Shown in pieces: positions 60,992 through 64,000 of a stretch of DNA of 64,000 nucleotides (position 1 is its first letter; each line of letters begins with the position of its first letter). The stretch is from a virus. The position numbers and the translations under genes are program-made. The notes beneath the pieces are model-generated. The model saw only the letters and a list, made by a program, of their open reading frames with translations. It ran no database searches and was not told where the DNA came from. The stretch lies in IMG/VR virus record IMGVR_UViG_3300028886_001504; one strand, given 5' to 3'.

Positions 60992-61076
60992 CGGAGGGTA
61001 CTGGATTCGAACCAGTGGACCCATACGGGTCGGCAGTTTAGCAAACTGCTGGTTTAAGCCACTCACCCAACCCTCC
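60992..61076 (-). tRNA. tRNA-Ser (anticodon GCU), type II with long variable arm
   Basis: Manual fold: acceptor GGAGGGT/ACCCTCC, anticodon stem GCAGT/ACTGC, loop TTGCTAA, T-loop GGTTCGAATCC. Confidence 0.65.
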
Positions 61077-61112
61077 AAAAGCACTGCATTTAAGGGAATG
61101 CAGGAAACCAAG

Positions 61113-61184
61113 AGTCAACGACTGGATTCGAACCAGCATAAAAAGGTTTTGCAGACCTTCCCCTAACCATTCGGGCACGTTGAC
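61113..61184 (-). tRNA. tRNA-Cys (anticodon GCA)
   Basis: Manual fold: acceptor GTCAACG/CGTTGAC, anticodon stem AAGGT/ACCTT, loop CTGCAAA. Confidence 0.5.
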
Positions 61185-61289
61185 GATGAAAACTCTTACA
61201 TTCCACTATCTCGCCCTATGCGTCTAGGGTCACACACCAGTTCGGGATGATTGATTTTTTTGCACACCAGTGTGAAGCATAGTCCGCGA

Positions 61290-61991
61290 TTACTTCTCCA
61301 GTTTATTGGGACTGGCGTTTCCTTTTGAGTTTGTTTTCCTTTTCGTTCTTGTCGATTTTCCAGTATTCAATGCTGAATAATTTACTGTCATAGCATGGTG
61401 ATTCGGGCATAAAACTTGAAGATTTTCTTCTTTACTATTGTTTGCATCACCATCAATGTGGTGTATTTCAACTATTGGTCTTCCACTCTTAGGATTTACT
61501 CAGTTACATCCACAAATTTCACAAGAACAATTTGTTTTTTCTAACATGTACCTTCTAACAAATTGTGATAGTTGTCCTACCCCTCTATTTCCACTACACT
61601 CTCCACTTTTTCATCTTAGAATATACTGTTTATATTCATACTCTCTTTGACAATGTGAACCACAAAATTTTGTGCTTTTTCTCAAATCCGTTATCTCTCC
61701 TCCACAATTCAAACACACTCTTTCATGTTTTTGTTTCCTCACCCTCTTCTTGTTATTATAAGATGCAGAACAGGAATGTGAGCAAAATAATTTCTGGTCC
61801 TTTTCAAGTTTTTTACCACAAACAATGCAATACTTAGTATTATTTAGTTTAATTGTTTCCAGTCAATCTTTTCAATCAACACCGTTTTCTTTTAAATAAA
61901 GTTTTACTTTTTCTCTGTTAGTGTAATTTGCTTTTCCATAAAGTTTTCTAGATACGTCATTTAACGACTTGCAGTCTTTCAATATTTCCAT
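61290..61991 (-). CDS. HNH homing endonuclease; 4 in-frame TGA
   Basis: ATG 61989-61991 to TAA 61290-61292 in one frame with four TGA and no TGG; Zn fingers CIVCGKKL...CSHSC; HNH core VEIHHIDGD...LQVLCPNHH. Confidence 0.6.
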
Positions 61992-62002
61992 ACTAGTATA
62001 AT

Positions 62003-62018
62003 GTTTATAAATAAATAG
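62003..62018 (-). promoter_or_regulatory. GACTATTTATTTATAA promoter-like motif (minus orientation)
   Basis: 12 nt upstream of the HNH ATG. Confidence 0.4.
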
Positions 62019-62065
62019 TCTCAAAAAGCCAAAATGTGTATTCGAAATTAAAGTTTTTAAATTAG

Positions 62066-62137
62066 AGCCTCCTGTCGGAGTTGAACCAACATTTCAAGAT
62101 TACAAATCATGCGTAATAACCGTTATACGAAGGAGGC
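62066..62137 (-). tRNA. tRNA-Thr (anticodon UGU), one U-U mismatch in the anticodon stem
   Basis: Manual fold: acceptor GCCTCCT/AGGAGGC, loop TTTGTAA, T-loop GGTTCAACTCC. Confidence 0.45.
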
Positions 62138-62247
62138 AATACTACGGAAAACTTTATTTTTTGTCCGCTATTTTTGGTGCAGATATTAATAAATACTTGC
62201 TGTTTGTTTTCCTACAGTAAACTTATGAAAAAAGAACTAATACTTTG

Positions 62248-62255
62248 CAAAGATA
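62248..62255 (-). promoter_or_regulatory. Bacteroidota-type -7 element upstream of tRNA cluster
   Basis: CAAAGATA. Confidence 0.4.
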
Positions 62256-62290
62256 TACACTTTTTTCTAAATAATCAAGTTTTTTTTGAA

Positions 62291-63520
62291 TTATTCTTCA
62301 AATGCTGCCAAACCGTCTGCTTCTTTTGATGCTTCTTGTCTTAGTATAACACCAAGTTCGTCAATGTTGATTGTTGCAGTATATTGTACTTTCTCCTTAT
62401 TGATTGTTCTTTCAAGTAAGAACAAAGGCTCGTTATTAACCCAGAAGAAAGAATCTTTTTGTTTTGTTCTGATATCAAGACCAGTTGCACAAAGATATGC
62501 TACATTGGAAAGTTTGAAAATTTTCTGTTTCATATTCTCTTCTTTCTTAAAATCATAGAACATCTTGAACTGTGCCAATTTATCAGGGTCATTCTGCAAT
62601 TCAACATCTTGTAATTTTGCAGCATATGAGTCAGAGACTTTGTAAAGCATTCTACCTAAAGAATCTGGAATTCTATCAATATCACCATCTTCTGTTACAC
62701 CATAGAAGATAGCTTCTTGGTCATCGACCCTTGAAAGCATGTTTCTGATGGAATATCCTGGTAATTCAACTTGTGTGGAAGGGTCTTCTGCATTTGTTCT
62801 GTATTTAATGTTTCTTGGTACATATTCACCAGTTTCATCGTCACCACTCCACTCGGTATCCGTTGCAATACCAAAATTTGCTGGTTCACCAATATACTTA
62901 TAGGTAGGACCATTTCTTTTAGGAGTATTGTGCCACACTTCATTACCGTCAGCATCTAAATCTTTATATTGAATACCCAATTCATCGTAATATTTGGGGT
63001 CAATCTTCGCAGTCATATCGTTATATGCTTGCGTGTTTCTTTCCTGTGCTTTTGCGTAGCCAGTTTGTCCTTGCCAATGAAGCCTATATTTGGTAAGTTT
63101 GATTACATATTTGTAGATTGCTTTGTTAAAAGCACGTTGTCCTTTATATAAACGGCCAGTTGGATTATCCCATTCGGTGTTTTTTGATTTGTCCATAAAA
63201 TCAACATATCTTTGTCGTGCTCTATCTGTCACATCTTCTGATACCATGGCATAGTCCATGTCATTCTCTACACCAAAATCACCAGCCATTGCACTCATTT
63301 TGTTATAGAGGTCTTCATTTGGATATTGACCAGGAATAGTATAAAGTTGAATATATCCTAATCTGACAAACTGTCCCTCTTGAATTTGTACTGTTGACAA
63401 GAAGTTTACCAAATCATTTGCCATAATCTGTTTTGATTCATTCAGTACTTGCCCCCATCCAGTTCTTGGGCTATTCATTCTCTCAATAAGAGATTTCATT
63501 TCGTTTAACTGTTGCTTCAT
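62291..63520 (-). CDS. hypothetical protein
   Basis: 409 aa ORF. Confidence 0.5.
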   Translation of the reverse strand: MKQQLNEMKSLIERMNSPRTGWGQVLNESKQIMANDLVNFLSTVQIQEGQFVRLGYIQLYTIPGQYPNEDLYNKMSAMAGDFGVENDMDYAMVSEDVTDRARQRYVDFMDKSKNTEWDNPTGRLYKGQRAFNKAIYKYVIKLTKYRLHWQGQTGYAKAQERNTQAYNDMTAKIDPKYYDELGIQYKDLDADGNEVWHNTPKRNGPTYKYIGEPANFGIATDTEWSGDDETGEYVPRNIKYRTNAEDPSTQVELPGYSIRNMLSRVDDQEAIFYGVTEDGDIDRIPDSLGRMLYKVSDSYAAKLQDVELQNDPDKLAQFKMFYDFKKEENMKQKIFKLSNVAYLCATGLDIRTKQKDSFFWVNNEPLFLLERTINKEKVQYTATINIDELGVILRQEASKEADGLAAFEE

Positions 63521-63551
63521 AATAGTATTTGTTTAAACAATAAATAGTTGA

Positions 63552-63800
63552 TTACTTTGTAAATACATCTTCGCCATATAAATCTTTAGTGATATCAACA
63601 CCGTCTGGGCCTTTTACGTGTATTACGTTATTCTCCATAATATAATATTGGTACATAAAGAAATCCAGTTTATCTTCTGGCTTGTAATCGGGAAAGTTCT
63701 CTTTAATCTCTTCTTCTGTGGCTCCAACTGCCATAAATTCACAATCTTCTGATGGGAGGATTCTGATGAGTTTCTTGTTTCCGTTTTCTGCTATAATCAT
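63552..63800 (-). CDS. hypothetical protein
   Basis: 82 aa ORF. Confidence 0.4.
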   Translation of the reverse strand: MIIAENGNKKLIRILPSEDCEFMAVGATEEEIKENFPDYKPEDKLDFFMYQYYIMENNVIHVKGPDGVDITKDLYGEDVFTK

Positions 63801-63852
63801 AGTTATTTGTGTTTAATTTTGTTCAAAAATACCAACAATTTACGAGAAAAAC

Positions 63853-63863
63853 AACTATTTATA
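63853..63863 (+). promoter_or_regulatory. AACTATTTATA promoter-like motif
   Basis: 10 nt upstream of the + ATG 63873. Confidence 0.4.
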
Positions 63864-63872
63864 TAAAAATAT

Positions 63873-64000
63873 ATGAAAATGAAACTGTTAGAGACATACA
63901 ATTTTAGCGTTACTCAGTTCCCTAAAAAGGATGGGACGATGGGGACGTTTGCTTATATTGACCCTAAAAAATCCACTGACGATACTATGCGCGTTAAAGA
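63873..64000 (+). CDS. hypothetical protein (5' part; continues past window end)
   Basis: MKMKLLETYNFSV... open to the edge. Confidence 0.35.
   Translation, partial: MKMKLLETYNFSVTQFPKKDGTMGTFAYIDPKKSTDDTMRVK

Noticed and set aside
61185-61289. Possible fourth tRNA between tRNA-Cys and the HNH gene
   Set aside because: No T-loop (GGTTCGAAT/complement) or acceptor-stem pairing could be found. It is most likely a spacer/terminator region.
5984-64000. Whole genome uses translation table 4
   Set aside because: Core genes end in TGA with ATGA start overlaps (14391, 20069), have no internal TGA and encode Trp as TGG. Recoding is restricted to a gene subset.
1-64000. CRISPR arrays, integrase/att sites, structural (capsid/tail/terminase) genes
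   Set aside because: No spaced direct repeats were seen. No tyrosine/serine recombinase motifs and no recognisable structural proteins were found. The window appears to be the metabolic/replication arm of a large virulent phage.

Overview
AT-rich window (~35% GC), almost entirely coding and overwhelmingly minus-strand. It reads as a large virulent phage, probably a jumbo or T4-like phage of a Bacteroidota host. The host call rests on about ten minus-strand genes preceded by the Bacteroidota sigma-A -7 element TAnnTTTG (seen as CAAAGATA on the + strand). No structural or integrase genes are visible. Content is metabolic and nucleic-acid enzymology: an extensive tRNA/RNA-repair toolkit (Thg1-like, CCA-adding enzyme, Rnl2-like RNA ligase, a second ligase-like nucleotidyltransferase, 2H phosphoesterase, HD+kinase, metallophosphoesterases, HAD phosphatases, GatB/YqeY); an NAD+ salvage / ADP-ribose island (NAMPT, Prs, NadE, PncA-like, macro domain); NAD-dependent LigA, DnaK, DnaQ-like exonuclease, IMPDH/GMPR-like, thioredoxin, AAA+ ATPases, RfbA/RfbD/RfbC plus an MgsA-like gene; an IS605-family tnpB element; and three tRNAs (Ser, Cys, Thr). 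Most striking: at least seven genes are read through in-frame TGA codons. These are two HNH endonucleases, a DUF559-type homing-endonuclease-like gene, a BspA-LRR protein, a membrane-anchored protein and two small paralogs. Each sits behind a distinct AAACTATTTATA promoter-like motif. Core genes still terminate at TGA (ATGA overlaps), which implies a regulated, partial TGA-to-Trp recoding. No UGA-reading tRNA was found in the window.
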